Of a stretch of DNA of 64,000 nt, positions 39,101-47,733 are shown one piece after another. Position 1 is the stretch's first letter. Each line of letters starts with the position of its first letter. The translations under genes and the position numbers were made by a program. The stretch comes from a virus. The notes beneath the pieces were generated by a model. It was not told the DNA's origin. It saw only the letters and a program-made list of their open reading frames with translations, and ran no database searches. The stretch lies in the IMG/VR virus record IMGVR_UViG_3300016472_001104, positions 1 to 64,000 of that record, one strand, 5' to 3'.

Positions 39101-39492
39101 ATCTATCGTATAGTACGAACCAAGACAGTGCCTTAAGCACGATCATGATGTTACGTAGCAAGAATCAATCACAAGGGTCAGATACACCGGGAACTCCCGG
39201 AATTGGAGATCTTCCTATGCGCGTCATTCCAGGCCAACTTACGGTGTCAATGTTGGGGTGTCCGTTAGTAGAATACATGCAACAGTTCTTTGTTGACCTT
39301 GGAACAGGAACGTCAATTGATAACCTGTATAACGTTGTAGGAATAACTCACAACATCTCGCCTGGGAAATTCACTACCGAATTAAAGATGGGATTCTATG
39401 ATGCTTATGGGAAGTACGAAGGTGCTTCATCAATCGTAAACGAGATGGAGGCTGTGTTTGGTGCTATCAGCGATGCCTCAAAAACAAAATAA
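36154..39492 (+). CDS. Baseplate hub protein (gp27/GPD-like), enlarged
   Basis: VLLTYGW motif and C-terminal LTVSMLGCP...Q.F.......LYNVVGITHNISPGKFTTEL; follows the LysM gene. Confidence 0.6.
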   Translation: MADVDLKELTGIYRSFSTINDITSEYISTKTSVNTDYVNNLLKILFPTSLTFHSGLSLWKKFTEIASDSEKKLSKLVRFYYFEPNQTNSSSAISSWYSEKGGRPSTYAYPSINKDQKNKNQPEYSTGSSLSEMMDPDVVEKFKSKVSMILVDTPAIDLKLRNADKVEIFANYFPSVMMSQTVPYLDVKFITQKDVITNPNSKIIEKDGKQILLTGGFDFLSPIGFLKGKGIFSGISNDLMYSAYSTYYDKHGSVPTRPPSTSNNDPPSVGKNSLMQQVSTGIEMFTMPQTLINMDDVDKVNPRYNPILNLTVPFGAIQSVSINAVPSYSVFSFKTAALTMKIFDRSRLNEIAEILNPILYSKTTVLLTYGWRAPAQPHNVQLQNKYHNFINGTMMKSETYGIRNSSISIDNSGVVNVTLDLFTKGTAELRDVTPTSGTENYNTQQNELLQRFEDIKRLAEKLNIVSIKSAGEDIRGSMLLGAALGGGFPQMSEYDAFYDFNKLQNSLRLQSNEKTKKDSEKLIKLIKDLYITTADLRPNNNGQLLQQQFNAGGDQNQVKTYFQGKATNTVYKQQQEIQNAAKKIIKSRFESLKKNKIDFFSYIPKLDKQQKDSQEVKIANHPLLNLTDNIVKELANAKGDVNSFLGSIKSDYGDFGNLSFGKVLLTYITSACQNIDPNAIAEEYQLFFYNMNENAGLVANLNIAEFPIEMSRLEDAYTKRVVEQRGENMTLLNFLEIVRESQFSDIRHPAFGFADLYEKKQGTEDLILKEKWGAQTLDANFILTTRVANANKGTGEPFCQPTIDFYVESGYSQSDSNQNIEDLLVGFDKVSNEKIFRKSQPEKIIRIHIYDKAASPHQLATSMLKSQKGFIRKTGKYKQTQPVNPPNPPAKPLSKEQQQQKTQAEASALQKKNQEISQITESAKNGDLSLLNSRNEATGEPVRYENISFRDANGNPRFDLLKKEISRFVPTLIVGSEGSMITNLSYSTNQDSALSTIMMLRSKNQSQGSDTPGTPGIGDLPMRVIPGQLTVSMLGCPLVEYMQQFFVDLGTGTSIDNLYNVVGITHNISPGKFTTELKMGFYDAYGKYEGASSIVNEMEAVFGAISDASKTK

Positions 39493-39545
39493 AACATGCG
39501 TGTTGTTTTTGTGAAAATTCACATGTTATTTGTTACAGTTAGGCT

Positions 39546-40742
39546 GTGGATGTACTTTTTGATAAATCATTGATTGGCTCTCAAAAACATTTACTGTTTT
39601 CTAGCGATGGATTTTCAAGACATGAAAAAACGATCGATGGTGCATGGCATCTGAGTGGTCACATCAAGCCTACATCAACGTTTTGTTTTGATACTGTTTT
39701 GCTGTTAAATTCAGCAGGCCAGATTCCCAAGGTTCCAGATCAATATAGACGTTGTATGGAAAAGTTAGCGCCTGATCTTTTATCACCACCTTGGTCAATG
39801 ATAATTCCTCCTGAAATTTACAGAAATTATATTGATGATCTGGTCAACTATGCCAAGAAAAATTTAAACATTGACGTTGGGTATTATAAGACCGCATGGA
39901 TTCCCGGTAGCCACGTTTTAAATTCATTAAAACCGGCAAAAGTTGATGGTGCAAGAATTACTGAAATAATTAATTCGGGTGCTCATAACTCACATATCGC
40001 TGAGACCTTTAAACCAAGATCCGGTGGTTATGCACAACCGGTTCTATACAATAGATTCTCAACGGTGACCGGAAGGTTGACTGTTGAATCGGGACCTAAC
40101 ATCTTGTTGTTAAAAAAAGAATATCGTGACGTTATTAAACCCTCTGATCCCAATGGAAAGATTCTTTCACTTGACTTTTCCTCGCTGGAGGCCAGGATAC
40201 TCCTATACGAATCAGGAAATGATTGTGTTGAACAAGACCTGTATTCAACACTAGCAAACCGATTTGGTGGAATGCCACGTGATCTAGTGAAAGCCGCAGT
40301 GCTTTCTGTCTTGTACGGTTCATCAAAATCGATGGTTGCATTGAACCTAGGCGTCACCGAATCAAAGGTCAATGATATTGTTCTTAAGATAGAGGAATAC
40401 ATTGACACAAGATCATTATTGAAAAGATTAAAATCGCAGTTGTCTTCAACGGGACACATCACAAATAAGTTTGGAAGAAAAATCAAGATCGAACGTCCTC
40501 AAGACAACATTCTTGTCAACTACTACGCTCAAAGCACGGGTGTTGATGTATCATTGATGGGATTCTCAAAAATCATTGAAACCTTAGGTGGCGAAGGAAT
40601 AAGACCGATCTTTGTTTTACATGACGCACTCATCCTTGACGTTCACGGTGACAGGGTCAATGATGTGTTGAACGTTTCAAAGACAACAGTACCAGGATAC
40701 ACACAGACCTTCCCAATAAAGGTCGATGAAATTACGAGGTAA
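39546..40742 (+). CDS. polA: Minimal family A DNA polymerase (polymerase domain only)
   Basis: TVTGRL...PN; motif A LDFSSLEAR; motif B R...K...L...YG; NYYAQSTG; motif C VLHDALI. Confidence 0.8.
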   Translation: MDVLFDKSLIGSQKHLLFSSDGFSRHEKTIDGAWHLSGHIKPTSTFCFDTVLLLNSAGQIPKVPDQYRRCMEKLAPDLLSPPWSMIIPPEIYRNYIDDLVNYAKKNLNIDVGYYKTAWIPGSHVLNSLKPAKVDGARITEIINSGAHNSHIAETFKPRSGGYAQPVLYNRFSTVTGRLTVESGPNILLLKKEYRDVIKPSDPNGKILSLDFSSLEARILLYESGNDCVEQDLYSTLANRFGGMPRDLVKAAVLSVLYGSSKSMVALNLGVTESKVNDIVLKIEEYIDTRSLLKRLKSQLSSTGHITNKFGRKIKIERPQDNILVNYYAQSTGVDVSLMGFSKIIETLGGEGIRPIFVLHDALILDVHGDRVNDVLNVSKTTVPGYTQTFPIKVDEITR

Positions 40743-40812
40743 AAAACTGTATCGTAATATTTTTAATTTTTTATAACCAAGAAATAATTATTTTCGGGAG
40801 GTCTTGTTGACC

Positions 40813-41727
40813 ATGGAAATAAATTACATCGTTTATTGTTACAGTTGTCATTGTGAAAAGTGCCTGGGTAAAGACATTTATGTTGGTAAGTCAAAGTACG
40901 GATTAGAAAATAGACACAACGGTCACGTAAAATGTGCTAAAAGAATTTTATCTGGTAAAGGTAAGCCCAAAGATATTAGATTCGATTATTTTCTTGCCAA
41001 ACATGGAATTGAAAATTGTCATATTAGAGAGCTGAAAACATTTCTCACCGAAGAAGAGATGAATGATGGAGAAATTCATTTAATTCAAGAAATGAAAACA
41101 GATATTTCATTTGGCGGAATGAATTTCGACGTTGGTGGGAAAGGAGGTCGAAAAAAAGGACGTTATAAAATGTCTCAACAGGCTAAAGAAAATTTGAGCA
41201 TATCGTTAAAACAATATTATTCTCACAATAGCTTTACCCAAGTTGCTAAAGATCATCTTTCAAATTTGGCAAAAAAAAGACATGAAGATGATCCTGAATT
41301 GGGAAAGAGAATAAATCATTCATCATGGGAGACAATTAAGAAAAAATGCCTTGAAGATGAAGAATATAATGAAGCATTTAAAAAAATGCAACTTAAAAAA
41401 GCGAACAAGGGTGGTCAAGCATTTTTAAAAAAATTAGAAGATGAAAATTTTAAACAAGATTATTGCGAAAAAGTAAGTGAAGCAGTTTCTACGTGGTGTG
41501 AAGAAAACAAAGAAAAAGTTAAGCAAAGAGCAAAAAAAATAGCAGAGAATAGATTTGCTAACGGAGGGTGGATCGAATCTGTTAGGGAAGCTAACAAAAA
41601 AGTTACAAAAGAAGAGTACAAAAAAAGAGTAAAAAAGGGTTGGGAAACACGCAGAAAAAATCTTTTGAACAAATTAAAAGATTCCGATGATAATCAAGAA
41701 AATGAAACAGAGACAATTGACTCCTGA
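40813..41727 (+). CDS. GIY-YIG-like free-standing homing endonuclease
   Basis: IVYC...IYVGKS...ENR...H, E...I...GMN...GG, followed by a basic NUMOD-like tail. Confidence 0.7.
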   Translation: MEINYIVYCYSCHCEKCLGKDIYVGKSKYGLENRHNGHVKCAKRILSGKGKPKDIRFDYFLAKHGIENCHIRELKTFLTEEEMNDGEIHLIQEMKTDISFGGMNFDVGGKGGRKKGRYKMSQQAKENLSISLKQYYSHNSFTQVAKDHLSNLAKKRHEDDPELGKRINHSSWETIKKKCLEDEEYNEAFKKMQLKKANKGGQAFLKKLEDENFKQDYCEKVSEAVSTWCEENKEKVKQRAKKIAENRFANGGWIESVREANKKVTKEEYKKRVKKGWETRRKNLLNKLKDSDDNQENETETIDS

Positions 41728-42328
41728 AGAAATTGCTGCGAATTTTGATAAATTTAGATCATTATGTGAAAAACTTAGTGATCGCTCAGAAGTAGCGCTG
41801 AAGATGGTAGATTCTCTTGGTGAACAATTGGCATTGTGTCCCGCTTCATCTAGGACCGATTTTCATAATTGTATGGTAGGAGGTCTTGTCGAACACTCTC
41901 TTAGGGTTCTTTCAAATGCTATGAAGTTAGTGAAGACATATGGGTGGGAGGTTTCAAAAGAATCGTTAATTATCAGTTGTTTGTTCCACGACATTGGAAA
42001 GGTTGGATTGGCCAACGATGATGGAACTGTCACTGATTACTACGTTCCGCAAGATTCTGATTGGCATCGTGAAAAGTTAGGTGAGTTCTATAAACACAAC
42101 AAAGACATGCAATATATGTCAACCCCTCAACGAAGTGTGAACATGTGTCAAGCATTCGGTCTTAAATTGAAAACCGATGAATATCTTTCAATTCTTCTTA
42201 ATGATGGATTCGTTCTTGACGAGAATAAGCCATACTGCTTAAAGACAAGTCCACTAGTCTTTACAGTGATGACCGCAGACTATATTTCTACAATGCAGGA
42301 AAAAGTCGGCGGTGCTTGGACACCTTGA
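41702..42328 (+). CDS. HD-domain phosphohydrolase (YhaM-like)
   Basis: PAS...FH...GGLVEHSLRV, LFHDIGK, TAD. Confidence 0.8.
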   Translation: MKQRQLTPEEIAANFDKFRSLCEKLSDRSEVALKMVDSLGEQLALCPASSRTDFHNCMVGGLVEHSLRVLSNAMKLVKTYGWEVSKESLIISCLFHDIGKVGLANDDGTVTDYYVPQDSDWHREKLGEFYKHNKDMQYMSTPQRSVNMCQAFGLKLKTDEYLSILLNDGFVLDENKPYCLKTSPLVFTVMTADYISTMQEKVGGAWTP

Positions 42329-42342
42329 CCATATTTAATTTC

Positions 42343-42627
42343 ATGGATGATCAACTTAGACATTACATCAGAATGATGCTGCAAGAAATTCTTGCAGAGA
42401 TGAAAGATGACATTCATGAGGATGAGGACAATCTAAAAGAATTTAGCGCGGTTGGCGCAGGTGCAATACAAGGAGTTCCAGGCGTACCTGGGGCTTTATC
42501 TATTTCTGATCCCGGAGGACATTCCATTGAAGGGCCACAGGCTCCTCTAGGAAAGAGTTCCGATGAACCAATTCCGGGAACGAAGAAGAAAAAGAAGCAT
42601 CGCCGCAAAAAGCCAAGTTGGTCGTGA
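42343..42627 (+). CDS. Hypothetical protein with LR.YI...L.E leader
   Basis: MDDQLRHYIRMMLQEILAE..., LKEFS; ATATTTAA 4 nt upstream. Confidence 0.65.
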   Translation: MDDQLRHYIRMMLQEILAEMKDDIHEDEDNLKEFSAVGAGAIQGVPGVPGALSISDPGGHSIEGPQAPLGKSSDEPIPGTKKKKKHRRKKPSWS

Positions 42628-42740
42628 ATTAATCAGTTGAACACATAAAAAGGTTAGTGGTAGGGTACAAATTACCTGCACGGTGCAGGGTGATATTCCT
42701 GCCACAAGTTAGGAATAGGAAACGGAAAAGGAAAAACAAA

Positions 42741-43583
42741 ATGGCTATTGATCTAGAAGCAATTAAACGTCGTGTTGCAGAGCTCTCGGGTGTTAAGAAG
42801 ACCTCGTCGGTCCAACTTTGGAAACCCGGTCTTGGAGAACACAGGGTTCGTTGTCTACCTTGGAAGAACGCTCCCGATGGGCAACCTTTTGCTGAGCGAT
42901 GGTTCTATTACATCGGTGAGAATGCAGGTATCCTGGCACCGAACCAGTTTGGTAAACCAGATCCCATTAATGATTTGATTCGTAAGTTGTACAGCAGTGG
43001 TAAGCCGGACGACCGCGTTCTTGCCAAGAAGTTGCAACCGAAGATGCGCTGTTACGCACCAGTCATCGTTCGTGGCGAAGAGGACAAGGGTGTTCAGGTG
43101 TGGGCGTTCGGTAAGCTTGTCTACCAACGTATGCTTGGGTTCTTTCTTGATGAGGATGTGGGTGATATCCTTTCACCGACAGAAGGCTTTGATCTAAAGG
43201 TTTCAATCACGAAGCAGCCAGGCAAGCAGTTCAATGATACAACAGTTGATCCTGCCCGTCGTCCAACAAAACTTCATGATGACTCAAAGCAGATGGAGAC
43301 ATGGCTTAACTCGATCCCAAATCTTGATGATATGTATCGTCTTAAGTCAACCCAGGAAATTGAAACAGTTCTAAACAACTGGCTCAATGGTGGTTCAACC
43401 GGCGATGCAACACCAGAATTGTCTAGGGGACCTGTTACGACTGATGCTCTTGACGATTTGGTTGCCGAGGTAAAGTCAACTGCAAATGAAAAACCTTCAC
43501 CAAAGAAATCAAAGAAGGATGACGGTGACTCGAAGAAACAATCTCTTGATGATGCATTTGCAGATCTCATGAGTGACGAGTGA
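42741..43583 (+). CDS. Single-stranded DNA-binding protein (T4 gp32-like)
   Basis: LWKP..G...VRCLP, DPI, VIVRG....VQVW.FGK, G.DLKV, acidic tail SLDDAFADLMSDE. Confidence 0.85.
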   Translation: MAIDLEAIKRRVAELSGVKKTSSVQLWKPGLGEHRVRCLPWKNAPDGQPFAERWFYYIGENAGILAPNQFGKPDPINDLIRKLYSSGKPDDRVLAKKLQPKMRCYAPVIVRGEEDKGVQVWAFGKLVYQRMLGFFLDEDVGDILSPTEGFDLKVSITKQPGKQFNDTTVDPARRPTKLHDDSKQMETWLNSIPNLDDMYRLKSTQEIETVLNNWLNGGSTGDATPELSRGPVTTDALDDLVAEVKSTANEKPSPKKSKKDDGDSKKQSLDDAFADLMSDE

Positions 43584-43601
43584 ATTAAACTGAGGTAAAA
43601 T

Positions 43602-43634
43602 AACGCCGGAAATCAAATAGGTTTCCGGCGTTTG
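43602..43634 (+). terminator. Intrinsic terminator after SSB
   Basis: AACGCCGGAAATC-AAATA-GGTTTCCGGCGTT-T. Confidence 0.65.
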
Positions 43635-43671
43635 TACTATTTTCCATGCAAGGTAGATAATAACAAAACGT

Positions 43672-44862
43672 ATGGCAAAAAACAAAGAAGATACGACGGT
43701 TTCAAAAAAGGGTGAGGTTGATTTTGCTGCCGAGCTGATCAAGGATATCAACAAAGAATTTGGTTCTCGTATCGCATACAACCTCGCAGAAATGGATGCA
43801 CCAACTATCGTTAAGCGATGGATTGACACTGGATCTATTCAACTAAATTACGCGATTAAAAACGCATTTGGTGGAGGATATCCTGAAGGCAGAATCATTG
43901 AAATTTCTGGTTTGCCATCATCAGGCAAGTCTCACCTTGCATATCACGCTGCTTCAATCGTTCAGAAACAAGGTGGATTAGTCGTTTATATCGACACCGA
44001 GAATTCGGTGCCCGTACAGAAGCTTTCAGACATGGGAATTGATGTTCGTAAACGCTTTGTTTATTGCGATTCTCACTGCACTGAGGAGGTATTTTCTATC
44101 ATTGAATCAACAATCGTCAAGGCGAAGCAGATCATTGAGAAGAATGTACCGATCCTGGTTATCTGGGACTCTGTTGCAGCGACTTCTCCAAAGGCAGAGT
44201 TGGAAGGTGAATACGATCAAAACTCAGTAGGTCTACAGGCTCGCGCTATCTCGAAGGGGATGCGTAAGATCACAGGTGTCATCGGCCAGAACAACGTGAC
44301 GTTGTTGTGTCTCAATCAACTTCGAGACAACATCGGTGTGATGCACGGCGATCCTGCGGTGACCCCCGGTGGAAAAGCGATTCCATTCCATTCATCTGTC
44401 CGCATTCGTCTAGGCAGCGGAAATCAAGTGAAGGACAAGAACGGTAATCCGATTGGTATCCATACGACAGTGACGATCAAGAAGAACAAAGTAGCGCCAC
44501 CGTTCCGCAAGCTCGAGTTCGATATCATCTTTGGTAAAGGAATTGTCGAAGATGAGTACCTCTTTGACGAGTGCAGGTCGCACTGCAAGGAGAACGGCCC
44601 CGTGAAGAGAAAGGGACACATCATTAATGTTTCTGGTGAAGGTGCCTGGAAGGAGCTCAGCGTCGTCAACGAGAAGACAGGTGAGGTCGTCGTTGAGAAG
44701 AAGTTCTACAAGTCTGAGTTTGGAGCGATGATGAAGGATGAAGTATACTCACCTTTCCTCACTGAGGTGATCGACGCAGCGCTGACTCTCACGGCAGGTC
44801 CACCAGCGGCAGAAGGTGAGGTTGACGATAACGTGACAGACGATGGAGGTTCAGATGCTTGA
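43672..44862 (+). CDS. recA: RecA/UvsX recombinase
   Basis: TGS..L, GGYPEGRIIEI.GLPSSGKS, YIDTE, WDSVAA, GLQAR, NQLR, TPGGKA, KNKVAPPFR. Confidence 0.95.
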   Translation: MAKNKEDTTVSKKGEVDFAAELIKDINKEFGSRIAYNLAEMDAPTIVKRWIDTGSIQLNYAIKNAFGGGYPEGRIIEISGLPSSGKSHLAYHAASIVQKQGGLVVYIDTENSVPVQKLSDMGIDVRKRFVYCDSHCTEEVFSIIESTIVKAKQIIEKNVPILVIWDSVAATSPKAELEGEYDQNSVGLQARAISKGMRKITGVIGQNNVTLLCLNQLRDNIGVMHGDPAVTPGGKAIPFHSSVRIRLGSGNQVKDKNGNPIGIHTTVTIKKNKVAPPFRKLEFDIIFGKGIVEDEYLFDECRSHCKENGPVKRKGHIINVSGEGAWKELSVVNEKTGEVVVEKKFYKSEFGAMMKDEVYSPFLTEVIDAALTLTAGPPAAEGEVDDNVTDDGGSDA

Positions 44863-45304
44863 AAAGCCGATAAACCCAGTGTGGGTCAAGGTTCTAACTG
44901 AAAATGACACTCAGATACCCCAGTATCAAACGTCTGGATCTGCAGCTTGCGATTTAAGATCGACGGACTCCGTCGTGGTTCCGCCGTCTTCAAGCGTGAT
45001 AGTTGGAACAGGTATCAAGTTAGAAATGCCAAGTGGCTTCGGCGCAATGGTTTGTTCAAGATCAGGTCTTGCTGCGAAGAACGGTATCCACGTTTTAAAT
45101 GACCCAGGTCTCGTAGATCAAGACTACAAAGGGGAGATAAAGGTCATCCTACACAACGCAGGAAAGGACGAGTTTATTGTCAAAAAAGGTGATAGGATTG
45201 CCCAACTTTTATTTTTCCCGATTTTTCAAGCAATATTCCAAAAGGCACCAGAGCTGATCCAAACAAAAAGGGGCGAGGGCGGATTTGGAAGCACAGGGGT
45301 TTGA
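44855..45304 (+). CDS. dut: Trimeric dUTPase
   Basis: AACDL, RSGLA, G.VDQDYKGEI, GDRIAQ, RGEGGFGSTG. Confidence 0.95.
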   Translation: MLEKPINPVWVKVLTENDTQIPQYQTSGSAACDLRSTDSVVVPPSSSVIVGTGIKLEMPSGFGAMVCSRSGLAAKNGIHVLNDPGLVDQDYKGEIKVILHNAGKDEFIVKKGDRIAQLLFFPIFQAIFQKAPELIQTKRGEGGFGSTGV

Positions 45305-45305
45305 A

Positions 45306-46283
45306 TTGAGCTCAGAACATCCAGTATTGATTGTTGACGGTAGCAACCTTTTTATTCGTAGTTGGGCAGCATACCCAACCATGAACAAGAACGGAGAACC
45401 GATGGGAGGTTGCATCGGTTTCATGAAATCCTTGCAAAGGATTTGTAGAGAAATACAACCATCACGTGTATACATCGCTTGGGAAGGCGGTGGTTCCCAG
45501 CGAAGAAGGAATTTATATTCTGAATACAAGCTGGGCCGCCGCCCAGAAAAATTGAATAGGTTTTATGGAGATGACATACCTGATTCTGAGGAAAATAGAA
45601 AACATCAACTGATAACGTTGTTGGGAATGTTAAAGTTTTCTCCGGTGTGTCAGGTTTATGTTTCTGACTGTGAAGGTGATGATATCGTTGCGCACCTATG
45701 TAGGGGACCGTTCAGGCGACAAGAAAAAATCATCGTTTCATCCGACAAAGACATGTACCAATTGCTTGATGAAGTAACTAAAATTTACAGTCTTCACAAG
45801 AAAAAAATTGTCACTTCAGAAGAGATATTTGAAGAATATAGGATTAAGATGCACAACTTTGCGATTGCAAAAGCAATTTGTGGTGATCCTGGTGACAACG
45901 TTCCTGGAATCAAGGGCGTTGGTTTTAAGAAGCTTTCCTCAAAGGTTCCTGTTCTTGGTGGAGATGAATTGATCCTACAGGATGTGATTGATTTTTGTCA
46001 ATCGAGAATCGATGAATCGATTATTTATCGTCGCATCGTTGAAGGAGTGGACGATATCAAAAGAAATTGGAAGTTGGTCCACCTTGATGGTAGCATGTTG
46101 TCAGCAGATCAGGTTTCAAAGGTGCAATATGTTATAGATACATTCCATCCTAAGGTGGATAGGATCGGTCTCATTCGATCGTTGGTCAAAGAGGGAATAG
46201 AAGGCTTTGACGTTGAAGGGTATTATTACGATCTTAAGTGCCTCGTTGTGAATAACCAGGTGACCGGAGAAACAAATGTCTGA
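45306..46283 (+). CDS. 5'-3' exonuclease / flap endonuclease (Pol I N-terminal, T4 RNase H-like)
   Basis: LIVDGSN, YK.GR, EGDD, SSDKD..QL, GD..DNVPGIKGVG.K. Start uncertain (TTG 45285 or 45306). Confidence 0.9.
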   Translation: MSSEHPVLIVDGSNLFIRSWAAYPTMNKNGEPMGGCIGFMKSLQRICREIQPSRVYIAWEGGGSQRRRNLYSEYKLGRRPEKLNRFYGDDIPDSEENRKHQLITLLGMLKFSPVCQVYVSDCEGDDIVAHLCRGPFRRQEKIIVSSDKDMYQLLDEVTKIYSLHKKKIVTSEEIFEEYRIKMHNFAIAKAICGDPGDNVPGIKGVGFKKLSSKVPVLGGDELILQDVIDFCQSRIDESIIYRRIVEGVDDIKRNWKLVHLDGSMLSADQVSKVQYVIDTFHPKVDRIGLIRSLVKEGIEGFDVEGYYYDLKCLVVNNQVTGETNV

Positions 46284-47709
46284 ACAAGATAACAGAACAA
46301 TGACCAAGGTATCTTTTGGAACCTATGGTAAGTCATTTCAAGAAAAAATCATGCAAGCTTTGTTAACTGACTGGAAGTTTGCAGAGCAAATGACCGAGGT
46401 TTTTGACACTTCATATTTTGAGTTGAAATATCTTCAATTTTTAGCAGATCGATATTTTTCTTATTCTAAGAAATACAAAGTGTTTCCCACCCTACAGTTG
46501 CTTGCTACGATCATTAAAGAAGATCTTAAGGTCGGAACCGATATGATCCTTAGGGATCAAATCATTGATTACCTTCAGCGTATGAAGGCAAATCCAGATG
46601 CCGGAGATCTTCAGTTTGTTCGCGAAAAATCACTTGATTTTTGTCGAAAACAGGCTCTTAAGGCAGCACTTGAAAATGCCGTAGATCAGATGCAAGCAAA
46701 CAAGTATGAATCGATTGTTGAGTCTATCAAGAAGGCGGTTCAAGTCGGTACTGCCCCATCTGTCGGTCATGATTTCTTTAACGAGATGGACGCAAGGTTT
46801 ACACGTCTAAAGCGTGATACTATTCCAACAGGCATACCAGAGCTTGACAAGAAAGAACTTCTCAATGGTGGTTCTGGAAAGGGAGAGCTACTATGCGTTG
46901 TCGGAGGTAGCGGTTCTGGTAAATCACATTTCCTTACAATGATAGGAGCAAACGCCATTCGTCACGGAAAAAATGTGCTTCATTACACGTTTGAATTGTC
47001 AGAAACAGCTGTTGGCATCAGGTATGATTCAAACCTTTGTGACATGGATTCTAATGAAGTCATGGATCGAAAAGATGAAGTTAAGAATTTTTATGATTCG
47101 ACCAAGGGTCTTGGTCGGTTGTTCATTAAGGAGTATCCGACAAACACTGCCTCTATCTTTACGATTCGATCTCACGTTGAAAGGCTTGATTTAAAAGGAT
47201 TTAAACCTGATATCATAATCATTGACTACGCAGACATCATGAGGTCAACACGGCAGTTCGATTCTTTACGTCATGAATTAAAGCTTGTTTATGAAGAGCT
47301 TCGTGGACTTGCCATGGAATATGGTATCCCAATTTGGACTGCATCGCAATCCAACAAGGAAGGTGCAAATGCCGAGGTCATTGACATGACCAACATGTCT
47401 GAGGCGTATGGAAAGGCCATGATCTGTGATTTCATCATCTCAGTTTCCAGAAGAACACATGAAAAGGCAACTGGATGGGGAAGGTTGTACGTTGCAAAGA
47501 ACAGGGCCGGAAGAGATGGCCTTGTCTTTCCTGCAAAGATCAATACGGCAAGGTCACAGTTTGAAATTGTTGGTGCCGCCGATACGCCTGAAGCAACTGC
47601 AGTTTCAGATGATGAACAGCAGAAGAGGGCCTTACGTGCAAAATGGCAAGAATTAAAGAAGGAATTTTCGGTTCAAAAGCCTAGTACTGTAGAAGCAAAC
47701 GTTATATAA
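46276..47709 (+). CDS. dnaB: Replicative helicase (DnaB / T4 gp41-like)
   Basis: IPTG...LD, GGSGSGKS, YTFEL, IIIDYAD, WTASQ, KNR.G. Confidence 0.92.
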   Translation: MSEQDNRTMTKVSFGTYGKSFQEKIMQALLTDWKFAEQMTEVFDTSYFELKYLQFLADRYFSYSKKYKVFPTLQLLATIIKEDLKVGTDMILRDQIIDYLQRMKANPDAGDLQFVREKSLDFCRKQALKAALENAVDQMQANKYESIVESIKKAVQVGTAPSVGHDFFNEMDARFTRLKRDTIPTGIPELDKKELLNGGSGKGELLCVVGGSGSGKSHFLTMIGANAIRHGKNVLHYTFELSETAVGIRYDSNLCDMDSNEVMDRKDEVKNFYDSTKGLGRLFIKEYPTNTASIFTIRSHVERLDLKGFKPDIIIIDYADIMRSTRQFDSLRHELKLVYEELRGLAMEYGIPIWTASQSNKEGANAEVIDMTNMSEAYGKAMICDFIISVSRRTHEKATGWGRLYVAKNRAGRDGLVFPAKINTARSQFEIVGAADTPEATAVSDDEQQKRALRAKWQELKKEFSVQKPSTVEANVI

Positions 47710-47733
47710 TTACTTTTCCACTAAGGATCATAT

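Noticed and set aside
11095-39492. Bacterial extracellular contractile injection system locus
   Set aside because: Neck proteins, an endolysin and a full phage replication module are contiguous with it, which indicates a phage.
42657-42740. N-terminal extension of SSB (RNRKRKRKNK)
   Set aside because: It is the translation of the GGA-repeat leader; MAIDL at 42741 is the more plausible start.
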